Under the pieces are notes generated by a model. The model did not search any database. It was not told the origin of the DNA and was given only the letters and a program-made list of their open reading frames with translations. Source: Octopus sinensis (Eukaryota). Taken from it: 64,000 nucleotides of DNA. Positions 1-13,334 of this stretch are shown here, one piece after another (position 1 is the stretch's first letter; each line of letters starts with the position of its first letter). The DNA lies in contig NC_043010.1 in the NCBI RefSeq assembly GCF_006345805.1, forward strand, positions 47,616,001 to 47,680,000. The letters are read 5' to 3'. Made by a program: the position numbers and the translations under genes.

Positions 1-85
1 GACGGCTTGATAACAAATAACAAAAATGTCGATGAAAATGGTTTTGAGTTTGTTGATGGCGATGAAATTATACCTCTTAACACGA
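1..85 (+). CDS. Laminin alpha-like gene, partial upstream exon (5' end outside window)
   Basis: Open frame DGLITNNKNVDENGFEFVDGDEIIPLNT ending at strong donor A|GTAAGT (86); phase 1 matches the acceptor at 4730 (A+AT = Asn). The peptide itself is not diagnostic. Confidence 0.55.
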
Positions 86-629
86 GTAAGTAAAAATTTA
101 GGAATTGTGTTAGGCAAACTTTGTGACTGAGATGGACGGACAGGTGGGTAGGCAATCTTTATCCTGACCTAATATGACTGTTGTGTTAGAACACTGAATA
201 CTGCCCTATTTACCTTGAGAGGACCTCTGGTATGGACACATCATCATCATCATCATCATCGTTTAACGTCCGCTTTCCATGCTAGCATGGGTTGGACGAT
301 TTGACTGAGGGCTGGTGAATCAGATGGCTGTACCAGGCTCCAATCTTGATCTGGCAGAGTTTCTGCAGCTGGATGCCCTTCCTAATGCCACATGGTGCAT
401 AAAAGCCTCATGTGTCCATATGATTTGTTTGTCATATGCTACTGGATGTCTGTCACTGAGGAGCCCAAAACAGGTTGAAATTTCAGCAGCTATGGCAGAT
501 GGTTCTCATCTGACAATGATATAAATATGAGTACTTTTGTGCACCACGTATCTATATGAGAGGTCCTTTCAAGATAGATAATGCAGTATTTGTCACGCTA
601 ACAAAGCATACATACATACTTGCATACAT

Positions 630-905
630 AGCCTAGTGGTTAGAGCAGTGGACTCGCGGTCGAAGGATCACGGGTTCGAATCTCAGACTGGGTGATGTGT
701 GTGTTTATGAGCAAAATACCTAAGCTCTACACAGCTCCGGCAGTAATGGCTGATTCTTTCGCCACAACTTTCTCTCACTCTTTCCTCCTGCATCTTGCAG
801 CTCACCTGCGACGGACCGACATCCCGTCCAGGTGGGGAACCTATGCGCCAAGGAAACCGAGAAACTGGTCCTTATGAGCCAGGCATGGCTCGAGAAGGAA
901 CAAAC
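630..905 (+). mobile_element. Third tRNA-derived SINE family
   Basis: GCCTAGTGGTTAGAGCAGTGGACTCGCGG...GGTTCGAATC head and GCGAyGGACyGrCrTCCCGTCCAG body; copies at 52126-52435 and 60527-60775. Confidence 0.75.
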
Positions 906-1374
906 AATGCATGCATGCACACACACACACTAAATAAATAGCTGTTTGTGACGTCCTGTAGAAGCACGATAATATTAAATTATAATAGATTATATCTGCA
1001 TTTGTCGATCTGTCTGGCCAGTCAGCTGGCTGTTCCCCTTCCCTCCTTCTGCAGAGCATGACATATAACTATTTATTTACGATTCCATATGTTCTGTTAC
1101 TAACACAATACAACCACTATAGTCTCTTTGAAATAGACAATGTCTGTATTATCTTTATAGTACTTGTTGATGTATAAGTACGCTCCATAATTATTATTGC
1201 ATTGTTTACTTTCAGAAGAAATGGTGCTTATAGTATTGTACCATTGAAACTCATATAAAGGATGAAATAATTAAATTTATCACTGCTATTATTCTTTTGT
1301 GATCTAAAAGATTAAAAGAGTAATTTCTATACATATGTATATACAAATGGACATTCATACATTTATATATCCAT

Positions 1375-1441
1375 TTATCTGTTTGTTCGTCTGTCTGTCT
1401 ATCTATCTGTCTATCTATCTATCTGTCTATCTATCTATCTG

Positions 1442-1530
<89 letters not shown>

Positions 1531-1559
1531 ATGTCTGTATGTCTGTCTGTCTATCTATT

Positions 1560-1649
<90 letters not shown>

Positions 1650-1653
1650 CCTA

Positions 1654-1684
<31 letters not shown>

Positions 1685-1803
1685 CTTTATTTCTTTGTCT
1701 GTCTATCTGTTTGTCTATCCATCTGTTTATTTATCTGTCTATCTATATCTGTATATCTACATGTTGTATGTATGTGTTTGTGCGTGCATGTGTGTGTGTG
1801 TGT

Positions 1804-1849
<46 letters not shown>

Positions 1850-1890
1850 TTGTGTGTGTGTGCGTGCACATGTTTGTGTGTTTGTGTAAG
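1375..1890. repeat. Compound microsatellite (TCTA)n/(TCTG)n/(TG)n
   Basis: Directly visible. Confidence 0.95.
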
Positions 1891-3517
1891 TATTGTTGTT
1901 CTCTGTTTGTGTTTATTTATATATTTGTTCTGATTGAGTGGTCAACAAACACAAATCAGTCATTAGTTTCAATTGCTTTATTATTATAAAGCCATGACTT
2001 TCCAATCAGCTCAGAGTTATCTCATTTAGGAAGGCATAATGAGCTGAAAATGCTTCTAGGGTCAAAGAAATAGTATCAATGCACTGAAAATGGTGTATTT
2101 GCATCTTTATCATAAGTGAGAATTTTTTTCCATGATAAACTACAATGAAATTACCTTTAGATGTTAAATCAGATCACAAAAATATTTGAACTAACCTGAA
2201 GTTTGTAGCATATTCTTGTATACTATTTCTATATACCATTGTGTTTGTAAGATATATTTGTACTTCACAGAGAGACTGCTGGAAGCTTACATGGATGAGA
2301 CCTCTATCAAGAGTAAAAAGGTGCAGAAACGTTGCTATAATGTCCAGCAAGACATTCAAGGTATATAAAATTTTGTTTCTTTTAATCATGGTGAAGATGT
2401 GACAACTTTTTAGTGTTGGTGTACAGGAAAAACATCTAGTACACTCTGAAAAGTGGTTGGTAATAGGAAGGGCATGCAGCCAAAGAAGCCAGGCTAAAAT
2501 GAAATGTGAGCAAAAGAAAAGTTCACAAATTCATTTGAGTATGCAGTACACCTTGGATACCTGCTGGTTCCTACAAGGACAACCTAGCCAATCTATGCCA
2601 GCATGGAAAGTGGATATAAAACATTGTGTGTACACACATATGCACACACATGTCGGTATAGTGGATTAGGTAAACTGTCTCAGAGAAAGAGAAAACCCAA
2701 TTTGAAAAAAAAAGCTATTTTATTGTGGGAATTATAAAGTTTACTGGCTCACAAGGACATATAAAGACGTATGTATACATATACACACCCGTGCACACAT
2801 GCACGCTCACAGACGCACACACACACATGCACACATATACACACACATTATACTCAGTGTAATGTACACTTGCTGTCATGAAGCTGACAAATATTTATAA
2901 AATACCTCCCTTGAAATGTCTTTCATCACAACAATCAAGCGTCGAAGCAGTTTTGTGCCAACTTCAGCAATACTCACATGATTTATCAAAATACTTAGGA
3001 ACATAAGCTCAATATTGTTTAAAATCAAAACTAAATATTTTTTAAAGCATATAAAACAGGTTTTGAACATAAAATGTTTTTTTTATGCTTATAAACATAA
3101 AATATGCTTTTATATACATATATGAGATAGTATCAAAAAGTTCCTGGACTAGTTAATTCTCTTTTTAATAAACTCAGGAATTTCTTTCAAAATTCTTCTA
3201 AGTGAACTTAGGATTTACTTATAGGACTAGGAATACAATTGCAGATCTGTCTATGTGTTCAAACATACATACATTATATATATATAATATATATATATGA
3301 CACTCAGCTGTAGAAATGAGTTGCGACGTCACAGGTGCCAAGCTGTATTGGCCCCTTTGCCTTTCCCTTGGATAACACTGGTGGCGTGGAGAGGGGAGGC
3401 TGGTATGCATGGGCGACTGCTGGTCTTCCATAAACAACCTTGCCCAGACTTGTGACTAGGAGGGTAACTTTCTAGGTGCAATCCCATGGTCATTCATGAC
3501 CGAAGGGGGTCTTTACC

Positions 3518-3563
<46 letters not shown>

Positions 3564-3815
3564 ATATATATATATATATAGTGTAGACAGAGTTAGCAGT
3601 TATAATAACCAACTAAGGGATAAAATATCCTTGACAATCAATGCTAGTGTGTTTACGTCCCTGTAACTTGACGGTTTGGCAAAAGAGGCCGATAGAATAA
3701 ATACTAGGCTTACAAAGAATAAGTCCTGGGGTCGATTGCTCGACTAAAGGTGGTGCTCCAGCATGGCCACAGTCAAATGACTGAAACAAGTAAAAGAGAG
3801 AGTAATATATTTATG

Positions 3816-3912
<97 letters not shown>

Positions 3913-4729
3913 CACGTAAAAGTCACCTGTGCTGATGACATGTACAAGACACCCTGAGCACTCTGTAAAGTGGTTGGTTTAGCAAGGGCATCCACAAACC
4001 AATATTTACATGCTATTATTTATAGCTTTATCTGCTTCAAGTCTCCCCCTTCCAGAAAAAGAATGTATATATAATATACCCACTCTGTTACCTTATATAC
4101 GGGTGCCTGGTTTTCTGACTCATGAAAATTTGCTGGATATTGTCTGTCTGTCTATCTATTTCTGTTTTCTTTCTTCTTTCTTTCTTTCAACTTCACTACT
4201 CATTTTAAATTATACCACACACACACACACCACACATGCCCACTAAGGTTACATCATTCAACAGTTAAAACAATGTGAAGCACATTGTGATTATTAATTA
4301 TAGCGTTGGGCTTATAATCACAAGGTTGTGAGTTCAATTCCCAGACTGTGATGTGTGTTGTGTTCTTGAGCAAGACACTTTATTTCTTGTTGCTCCAGTT
4401 CACTCAGCTGTAGAAATGAATTGTGATGTCACTGGTGCCAAGTTGTATCAGCCTTTGCCTTTCCCTTGGACAAAATTGGTGGCATGGAGAGGGGAGGCTG
4501 GTATACATAGGCGACTGCTAGTCTTCCACAAACAAGCTTGCTCAGACTTTTGCCTCAGAGGGGAACATTCTAGGTTCAATCCCATGGTTATTCATGACCA
4601 GGGGTGGAGGCATTGCTTTATCCTATATATTCTCACCAGAGTCACATAATTAAGTTTAATTGTATACTAACAATAACAAAAGTAATTTAAAGTGTCTTAT
4701 AATTAATTAAAAAATTTTTTTTTTTCTAG

Positions 4730-6445
4730 ATTTGAAACCTAAGTTGGCTCAAGTATCCTCGGAACTATCCAGAACTGAAAAGTTAGCCAATAGTACCACT
4801 TTTCTCCAAACCCATATTTTTGAATTCCTGTCCAACAGAACCAAATATATAGCTGAACTGAAAGAAACCACTGCTGAGCTTGAACTTATTCTGAATAAAA
4901 TTGAGACCTTGAATAATTTGGCAGAAAAAGTTCTTGCAGATGAGGACAATTTAAGAAAGCTCCTGGAAAAGAGGAAGAAAGAAAAAGAGAAGCGAATGAA
5001 AAAAGACGAAAAGAAGGCGAAGAATATGACTGGGAAAAAGAAGAAACCAAAGGGAAAGAAAAATGATAAACAGCGAGACAGATCTGAGGCATCAGGTGGG
5101 AAGCGTAAATCAAAGGTAAACACAACTGAAGAGGATGAGGATGAGTATGATGAGGATGGTGATGATGATGGTGGTGTAGATGTGGTACCTCCCATCAGAA
5201 ATAAAAAGAGAAAAAAGGAAAGAGATGAAATTAAAACAGAATCGGAAAGTGATGTGAGTCTTGGAGATGGGAAGAATTTAGGTAGTAAAGGAAACAGGAA
5301 GAAAGCTGATAAACATTCTGGCAGAAACGGGAATTCAGTGATTGTAAATAGACAAGATAAAAAGGTCAATGGACAAAGAAAGAGAGGTAAAAGTGATGTA
5401 AGCGAGAAGGAAGATGAGATTGAAGGAGAGAATAGAAAAGGGAAGAAAAGGAAGAAAGAAAGTAAAGGGAAAAGTGATGTAAAGAAAAAAGTTGAGGTGG
5501 AGGAAAAGAATGAAAAGGTGAAAAAAAAGAAACCACATGAAAAAGATGAAAAGGAAAATGACAAGATTGGTGGCAGTAAGGATAACAAGGAAGAAAATTG
5601 GTTGGATGTTTGGGAAGATTTGGTAAACTTTGAAAATATGGTCAGAAAGAACGAAAGCCTAAAATTGGTAAGTGAAGAAACAAGTAGCAAAAAATCCAAT
5701 AAAGCTGAACTTGAAAGAAAAACAACAAAAGATGAAAATAATGACAGGGAAGAAGTTTTGGTACTTAAAAAAGATGATTGGAGCAATAAGAAGAAGAATG
5801 GTAATGAAAAAAATGAAGGTAAAGATACTAAAAGCAAGAAAAGGAAAAGCAAGAGAAGGAAGGACATGAACAAGACAGAAAGTAAGGAGAAGGGTGGCAG
5901 TTCTAACACCAAGAAAGAAAATTGGTTAGATTTGTGGGAAAATTTGATAGAGTCTCAAGAATTGTTGAAGAAAGGTGGAAGTGAAGATTTAAATAGAAAT
6001 GAAGAAAGTCAATTTCAAAATGAGCAAAATTTGGCTGAGAGAAAAGATGGATATTATGAAAAGCAGCAAGAAAAAGAAGGAGGCGAGGAAATCAAAGATT
6101 TTGAAAAGGAGAATAGCAAGAATGTTGGTAACATAGTAAATATAAAGAAGCAGAAACATTATAAAATACTTACAAAAGAAGATCAAGAGTCGAGAAAGAA
6201 TAAATTAAAATTGAAAATTAAAAAACTACAAAGATATAGAAGAGATTTGCGAAACATTGACAAAGACAGGAAATCCTTTAATAGAAAGAGAGATGCCAGG
6301 CGGAGAAGACGGATGAGAAAGAAGAGAAGAAAAAATCCACGTAGAAGGGATAGAACACATGCAAGATTGCAGTCAGATAAAGCAGAAGATGAAGATGCTG
6401 TCGTAAAATTTGTCACAAAATTAAATAAGCAGATTGAAATTGATG
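4730..6445 (+). CDS. Laminin alpha-like gene, giant exon: coiled-coil segment followed by ~500 aa K/E/R/D-rich low-complexity insert
   Basis: Poly-T tract + TAG acceptor at 4729; uninterrupted 573-codon frame; heptad-like start (LAQVSSELSRTEKL...ELELILNKIETLNNLAEKVL); donor G|GTAATT at 6446, phase 1 matches exon 9623. Confidence 0.8.
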
Positions 6446-6480
6446 GTAATTAACTATTTTTTTAAATATTTTTGAACCAA

Positions 6481-7195
6481 GGCGCAGGAGTGGCTGTGTG
6501 GTAAGTAGCTTGCTAACCAACCACATGGTGGCACCTTGGGCACCTTGGCCAAGTGTCTTCTACTATAGCCTCGGGCTGACCAAAGCCTTGTGAGTAGATT
6601 TGGTAGACAGAAACTGAAAGAAGCCCGTCGTATATATGTATATATATATATATGCGTTTGTGTGTCTGTGTTTGTCCCCCTAGCATTGCTTGACAACCGA
6701 TGCTGGTGTGTTTATGTCCCCGTTACTTTGCGATTCGGCAAAAGAGACCAATAGAATAAGTACTGGGCTTACAAAAGAATAAGTCCTGGGCTCGAGTTGC
6801 TCGATTAAAGGCGGTGCTCCAGCATGGCCACAGTCAAATGAGTGAAACAAGTAAAAGAGTAAAAAGAGAGAGAGAATCACTTCCAAAGCCTTGTTAGTGG
6901 ATTTGGTAGACGGAAACTGAAAGAAGCCCATCGTATATATGTATATATATATATATATGCGTGTGTGCATTTGTGTGTCTGTGTTTGTCCCCCTAGCATT
7001 GCTTGACAACCGATGCTGGTGTGTTTATGTCCCCGTTACTTAGCGGTTCGGCAAAAGAGACCGATAGAATAAGTACTGGGCTTACAAAAGAATAAGTCCC
7101 AGGGTCGAGTTACTCGATTAAAGGAGGTGCTCCAGCATGGCCACAGTCAAATGACTTAAACAAGTAAAAGAGTAAAAAGAGAGAGAGAATCACTT
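6481..7195 (+). mobile_element. tRNA-derived CORE-like SINE with internal (TA/TG)n, plus a tandem partial second copy
   Basis: GGCGCAGGAGTGGCTGTGTGGTAAG head, CCTTGG(G/C)CAAGTG core, ACAAGTAAAAGAG tail; about 20 full or partial copies occur in the window. Confidence 0.85.
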
Positions 7196-8629
7196 CTAAA
7201 TATTTTTCATAATTTGTGACAAATTTCCCCAGCTTTACTTTTCATGCTTCAAATTTTCTCCTATTGAATATTAAAATTGTCATGAGCATGTTATACAGTG
7301 AGAATCAAAATGATGGCATGCATATTCATTTTTAACACATTTCAGCAGATTCAGGCGTTAATATCCTAACTACTGTTAAGGCAGAACTGTTGGCCTGCTG
7401 GGCAAAATCCTTAGCAGCAGTTCATCTATCCTCGTGTTCTGAGTTCAAATTCTGCTAAGGTTGTCTTTGCCTTTCATCCTCAAAAAGATGAAAGGCAAAT
7501 AAGTTCCAGCTGTACACTGGGGTCAATGCAATCAACTTAGCCCCTTCCTGAAATTGCTGGCCTTCTGCCAAAATTTGAAATCAACATGTTAATTGCTGTT
7601 GTATTTTACCTTCAGAAAACAACATCTGAAGATGATGTGTGTTGATGCCATTGTCTGTTAAAACACTGATGTCTCTGTGTCTCTTTACATCACTGAATTG
7701 AGTGTGTTATCAATAAACATTGTGTAAAGGGAAAAGGTGGAATACAATAGAGGTTACCATAACTACATTCAAGTGTACCAGAATGTGTTACCAATAAATA
7801 TGCACACCATCATTTTCCAAATGCATTTATTTTTATTTTTTTTTTTTTCATTTTGTTTACTTGTTTCAGTCATTTGACTGCGGCCGTGCTGGGGCACCAC
7901 CTTTAAGGGTTTCAGTGAAACAAATCAACCCCAGAACTTATAATTTTAAACCTAGTGCTTATTCTATTGGTCTCTTTTGCTGAGCTGCTAAGTTACAGGG
8001 ATGTAAGCACACTAACACCGGTTGTCAAACAATGATGGAGGAACAAACAACACACACACACACACACACACGGAGACACACACACACACACATGATGGAC
8101 TTCTTTTAGTTTCTGTCTACCAAATTCACTCACAAGGCTTTGGTCTGCCTGAGGCTATTGTAGAAGACATTTGCCCAAGGTGTCATGCAGTGGGACTGAA
8201 CCCGGAACTGTGTGGTTGGGAAGCAAGATTTTTACCACACTGCTATGCCTGTATCTATATTTACAATCTTTTAAAACTAAAAACATGTTTCAAAACTGGA
8301 AAAAAAATTATACCTTTCTTCATTTGATAGTTTTATCATATCAGTTCTTCATTTTGCTATTTTTAATGTTTGTTTTTGACATCAGAACATGGTCACAACT
8401 TTGTTAGTGAATGGGAATCGGTTTAAATCGATCCATGTAGATAACAACTATTTCATTATAACCTGTCCCGAGGGAATTTAAAGCTGAGGAAACATAGCAA
8501 GAATTGAACTCAGCATGCTGATGGATGAAATTACATGTTTTGAAACATTTAATCTGGGACTGTTTTTTTGTCATTTTATTGCCTAAAATAATTTTTTTTA
8601 AAATTTAAATAATAATAATAATAATAATA

Positions 8630-8664
<35 letters not shown>

Positions 8665-9622
8665 GTGGTGTTAGTAGTAGTAGTAGTAGTAGTAGTAGTA
8701 ATTATAATAATAATAGTAATAATAATAATAATCCTTTCCACTGAAATTTCTGGGGAGGGGGCCAGTCAATTAGATCGACCCAAGTATACAAGTCGTACTT
8801 ATTTTATCAACCCTGAAAAGATGAAAGGCAAAGTCGACCTCAGAGGAACTCAGAATGTAAAGACAGGTGAAATACTGCTAAGCATTTCATCCAGTGTGCT
8901 AACAATTCTGCCAGCTCGCTGCCTCTTCTACAAAACCATATTCTTGAATTCCTGTCCAACAGAACCAAATACATGGATGAACTGAAAGAAACCATAATAA
9001 TAGTTTCAAATTTTGGTACAAGGCTGGCAATTTCAGGGGTGGCAATAGATTGATTACATCAATTACGGTGCTCAGCCGGTACTTATTTCATCAACCCCCA
9101 AAGTATGAAAGGCAAAATCAACCTCAGGGTAATTTGAACTCAGAACATAAAGACATGAAATGCCACTAAGTATTTTGTCTGGTGTGCTAACAATTCAGCC
9201 AGCTGACTGCCTTGAACATAATGATTTCAAATTTTGGTACAAGGCCAAAAATTTCAGGTATGACATAAGTCGATTACATTGACCCCCGATGCTCAACAGG
9301 TACTTATTTTATTGACCTCAAACTGCTAAGTTACAGGGATGTGCACACACCAACACCAGTTCTCAATTGGTAGTGAGGGACAAACACAGACACAAAGACA
9401 TACACACACAACATCGTATACAACAGGTTTCTTTCAGTTTCTATCTACTATCCATTCATAAGGCTTTGATCAGCCCAAGAATATAGTAGAAGGCAAAGGT
9501 TCCACATTGGGACTGAACCCCGAATTATGTAGTTGGGAAGCAAGCTTCTTATCACACAGCCATGCCTGCACCTATTATGAATATGTATGTGTAATTTTTT
9601 ATTATTTTTTTTTATTTTGCAG

Positions 9623-9786
9623 TTACTAAAAGCAAGGAAAATATTGTTATTATGAACAAAACCTTGCAGGAACTTCCGAAAGATTTACACCAGTCAGTTA
9701 TTAGTAATGTGGAACAGCTGCGAATGAATATCTCCCAGATTCAATACAAAATTCACTTGGCACGGACATTGTTGTCTGCAATGAAG
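9623..9786 (+). CDS. Laminin alpha-like exon, end of coiled coil (domain II-like)
   Basis: TTTTGCAG acceptor; TKSKENIVIMNKTLQELPKDLHQSVISNVEQLRMNISQIQYKIHLARTLLSAMK resembles the laminin alpha domain II end (NISxLKxxIxxARxxxxxIK); donor AAG|GTAC. Confidence 0.85.
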
Positions 9787-9895
9787 GTACTACTACTACT
9801 ACTACTTCACTCCCTCAATTTGTGTGTGTATGTGTGTGTGTGGTGTGTGTGTATGTGTGTGTGTGCAGTGTGTGGCATCTTGGGCAACAGTCTTC

Positions 9896-10244
9896 AGATC
9901 TTTTCGGTTTGAATGGCAGTTTTTAACATAATTTCTAGGTAACTAAAAAAGTTTAAACTTCGTATACTGGTAGAATGTGTTTATAAAACATCTTTTTCTC
10001 TTGGCTTTATTGAGAAAATTCTATAGTTTGTAAGATATTTGTTGTTGTTTTTTCTTCAATTTCTGCAAGTTCAACCAATCACTGACATTTATTGAGGTAC
10101 AAAAAAACATTCTGTGCCGTATGAATATGTCCCTCGTTTAAGAAACAGATTGAAATGCAATAGATCAATACTAGGGTCATAAATATGGGTGACAATTTCA
10201 TATGACACCGCTAGAAAAAACTGCCGTTCAAACCGAAAAGGTCC
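9896..10244. mobile_element. MITE with ~28-bp TIRs and 8-bp TSD (Merlin/hAT-like), nested in a SINE
   Basis: TIRs CTTTTCGGTTTGAATGGCAGTTTTT / AAAAACTGCCGTTCAAACCGAAAAG; TSD CAGTCTTC at 9888-9895 and 10245-10252. Confidence 0.8.
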
Positions 10245-10879
10245 CAGTCTTCTACTATAGCCTTGGGCTGGTCAAATTGATTCCTGGACTGGGTGATGTA
10301 CAAAACACTTTATTTCACATTACTTTAGTCCATCCAGCTGAAAAAATGAGTATTCCTGTGACGGGCCAGCAATCCATCCAATGGAGAGATATATATACCC
10401 CACAGAATCCTATATATATATATATATGTATGTGTATACACACACACACATACATGCGTATATGTATGTATGCCTGTGTGGATGGTTGTATGTGTGTGTT
10501 TGCATCTCTTTGTCTTGGCATTGCATGATAGACATTTGTAAATGAGTGTTACTCTTATACAAGTGGTGTCATTCATTTCCAGTCTTTTTTCAAAAACATG
10601 TCTCACTATGGGGAAAATATTACCTTGCATGGAATCAGGCAACAGGGAGGCCATCAAGCTATAGAAAATCTACATCAAAGAAACCTGTCTTGGAAAAGGA
10701 GACATTACAATGATGATGGGGCAATGATGATACCAGATTTCTTTATTCATGTTTTGTTTTTCATTATGCTTCAATTTATGAATTTTTTCTTTACTATTTA
10801 TTTATTTTGCATTTATTTTAATAGTTTGCATTTATTTTATTTTATATTTTAATATTCATTTACTTATATCTGTTTGCAG

Positions 10880-11026
10880 ATCCCTGTGAAATTCACAGGC
10901 AAAGATTATCTAAAAGTACCATTACATCCTGGTTATGATTCTAGAAAAATCCAGTCAGATATGGATGTTTGTGTTAAACCAAAACTGAAGAGTGGCGCCA
11001 TTCTTGCAGTAAACATCAATAATTCT
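10880..11026 (+). CDS. Laminin alpha-like exon, start of LG1
   Basis: TTTGCAG acceptor; IPVKFTGKDYLKVPLHPGYDSRKIQSDMDVCVKPKLKSGAILAVNINNS; donor GTAAGT; phase 0/0. Confidence 0.88.
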
Positions 11027-11304
11027 GTAAGTTCTTTTTACTCTCTTACTCTTTAACTGAACAGTGGGATTGCTGGTACACTGCTTTCAAGGGTTTTAGT
11101 CAGTTTCACAAATCTTTATAGCTAACCTGGTTTCCATTTTATTGATCCATATTTAACAAACTGTGAAGTTCAGTATTCAGCTATGGAATTACATCCTTAC
11201 TTGGCTGGAAATATCACAAAGTATTCACACTGGTAAATGTAAACACATACACACACAAACATACTCACGTATGTCCGTACGTACATACGTACATACATAC
11301 ATAC

Positions 11305-11337
<33 letters not shown>

Positions 11338-11870
11338 TATACATACACACACACACACACAGTGCCAGTGGCATGTGTAAAAAGATCCGAGTGAGGTCGT
11401 TGCCAGTACCACCTGACTGGCCCCTGTGCCAGTGGCACGTAAAAGCATCCACTACACTCTCGGAGTGGTTGGCATTAGGAAGGGCATCTAGCTGTAGAAA
11501 CTCTGCCAGATCAAGATTGGAGCCTGGTGCAGCCATCTGGTTTACCAGACCTCAGTCAAATCATCCAACCCATGCTACCATGGAAAGCGGACGTTAAACT
11601 ATGATACACACACACATATATATATATATGCTTGTTTGTGACTAAAGAGTCTTTGACTATTGTTTCTATCAATGCTGGTGCTGCCCTGCACTCTTAGTCA
11701 AGTTTAGTGAAGATGAATTTTTTTCCTTTCTGGTTTTAAATTGCATCTAGCCAGCTTAATCATTTTATAACATTCACGTTACCATTCTGCTAAATCAGTC
11801 ATTGATTCCTATGGTAAATTCTATAAATACTGACATGCGAAATTCAGTTTCACCATCAGCAATGGAGTAG

Positions 11871-11920
11871 CATCACTGATGATCTTTGATTTCATGCGAA
11901 ATTGGCATGCCAATCTGATG
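11871..11920 (+). ncRNA. Type I hammerhead ribozyme motif
   Basis: cauca-CUGAUGA-...-GAAA-uuggcaugccaa-UC-ugaug: perfect stem I and palindromic stem III; stem II is degraded. Confidence 0.65.
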
Positions 11921-13334
11921 TCCTCATTTGCTATGAGGAGGTTGTCTCCCTTGTCAGTACATAGAATTGTGCTTGTTTGTGGCTAAAGAGCCTTTGACTC
12001 TTATTTCTAGCAATGCTGGTGCTGTCCTGCACCCTTAGTCACTTTTAGTGGTGATGAATTTTTTCCTTTTTGGTTTAAATTCCATCTAGCCAACTTAATC
12101 ATTTTATATATATATATAGGGAGAGAATTCATGAAAAAAACAAAAGTCGAAGACAGGTGGTGTAAAAAACAAACAGATGTATTAGGATAACGTTCGGGAA
12201 TTGAAAAAGTTTTTAACGTTTCGAGCCTATGCTCTTCCACAGAAAGGAACACAGACAGAAACAAGGAGAGAAAAAAATGTGTGTTTTGCAAGATTCTTGA
12301 TGTGAAAATGTGTGTTGAAACATGTTGTTATAATAAAGATCATTAATTGATGTCCATGTTTCATGCTCACATAAGTTAGATCTTTTGACAAGATGTGATA
12401 GGTCTAAGGACTGCATTGTATTCCAATGTCTGTTTTGGCATGACTTCTATAACTGGACACCCTTCCTAATACCAACCACTTTATGTATTCTGAATGCTGT
12501 TTTCAGTGCCAGTGGCACTAATGAGGTCGCATGTAGCTCACTACCTCACTTAGTTCAACTGGAACTAGCAAAAAGCATCCAGTATACACACACACATATA
12601 TATCACAGTTTCAATTTACCCAATTTCACTCAAATCATTCACACCTTAAGCTGTTATAGAAGACACTTGAGCATAGTGCTACATAGTGGGGTCAGAGTGA
12701 TCAGAACTAGAACCAAACTCCTTCACCACACATCCATGCCTTGCTTTCTTTCCTAAGCCCTTCACTCCATATGGAATACAGGTCATTGAAGGCATTTCTC
12801 TATTGTTCTCAAATCTGGACTGTCTTTTCTACTTCTCTACAGTTGGATCCCTGTTTTTTCAACTCTCCTTCAGTATCTTACCTTCAACAATTTTTAGGGC
12901 ATCTTCCCTTGTGGGTAGCAGGTCAGGGCCTGATGTGTCATATTTCCCTGAGGGAAGGTCTTCTTCTCATGGGTTTTGTTGGTTTAAAATTGTCATTGAT
13001 ACTTCTGTAATTTTACATTTTTCTCGGTAGGGATGTTGACCCTATGCAAACCAATTATTACCACTAGGAAGAGGTGGTCCATATTAGTTTGGTCTTCATC
13101 CTTTCATCTGTCTGGCATGGGAGGCCCTACCAAGACCTTGCACTCTATTGGCATATCTTTCTGGATCATTGAAGCATAAAAACCATGACACTACAACATG
13201 GACTGGTCCTTGCGGTGGACACAACCATACCTGTACCCATCTTTAATTAGTTTTTCATTTTCTAACTTGTTTTTATCTATTTTCCTTGTTAGTGTTTGTG
13301 GGATAGGTTTGGATAGATTTGGGTATTTGTACAT

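Noticed and set aside
1335-1989. Long ORFs of YLSI, VCVC or IYIY type here and at 23966-25409, 32468-32943 and 44382-44738
   Set aside because: Translations of microsatellites.
4749-5912. 387-aa Phe/Leu/Ser-rich ORF on the minus strand
   Set aside because: Antisense shadow of the purine-rich charged exon; no independent gene signals.
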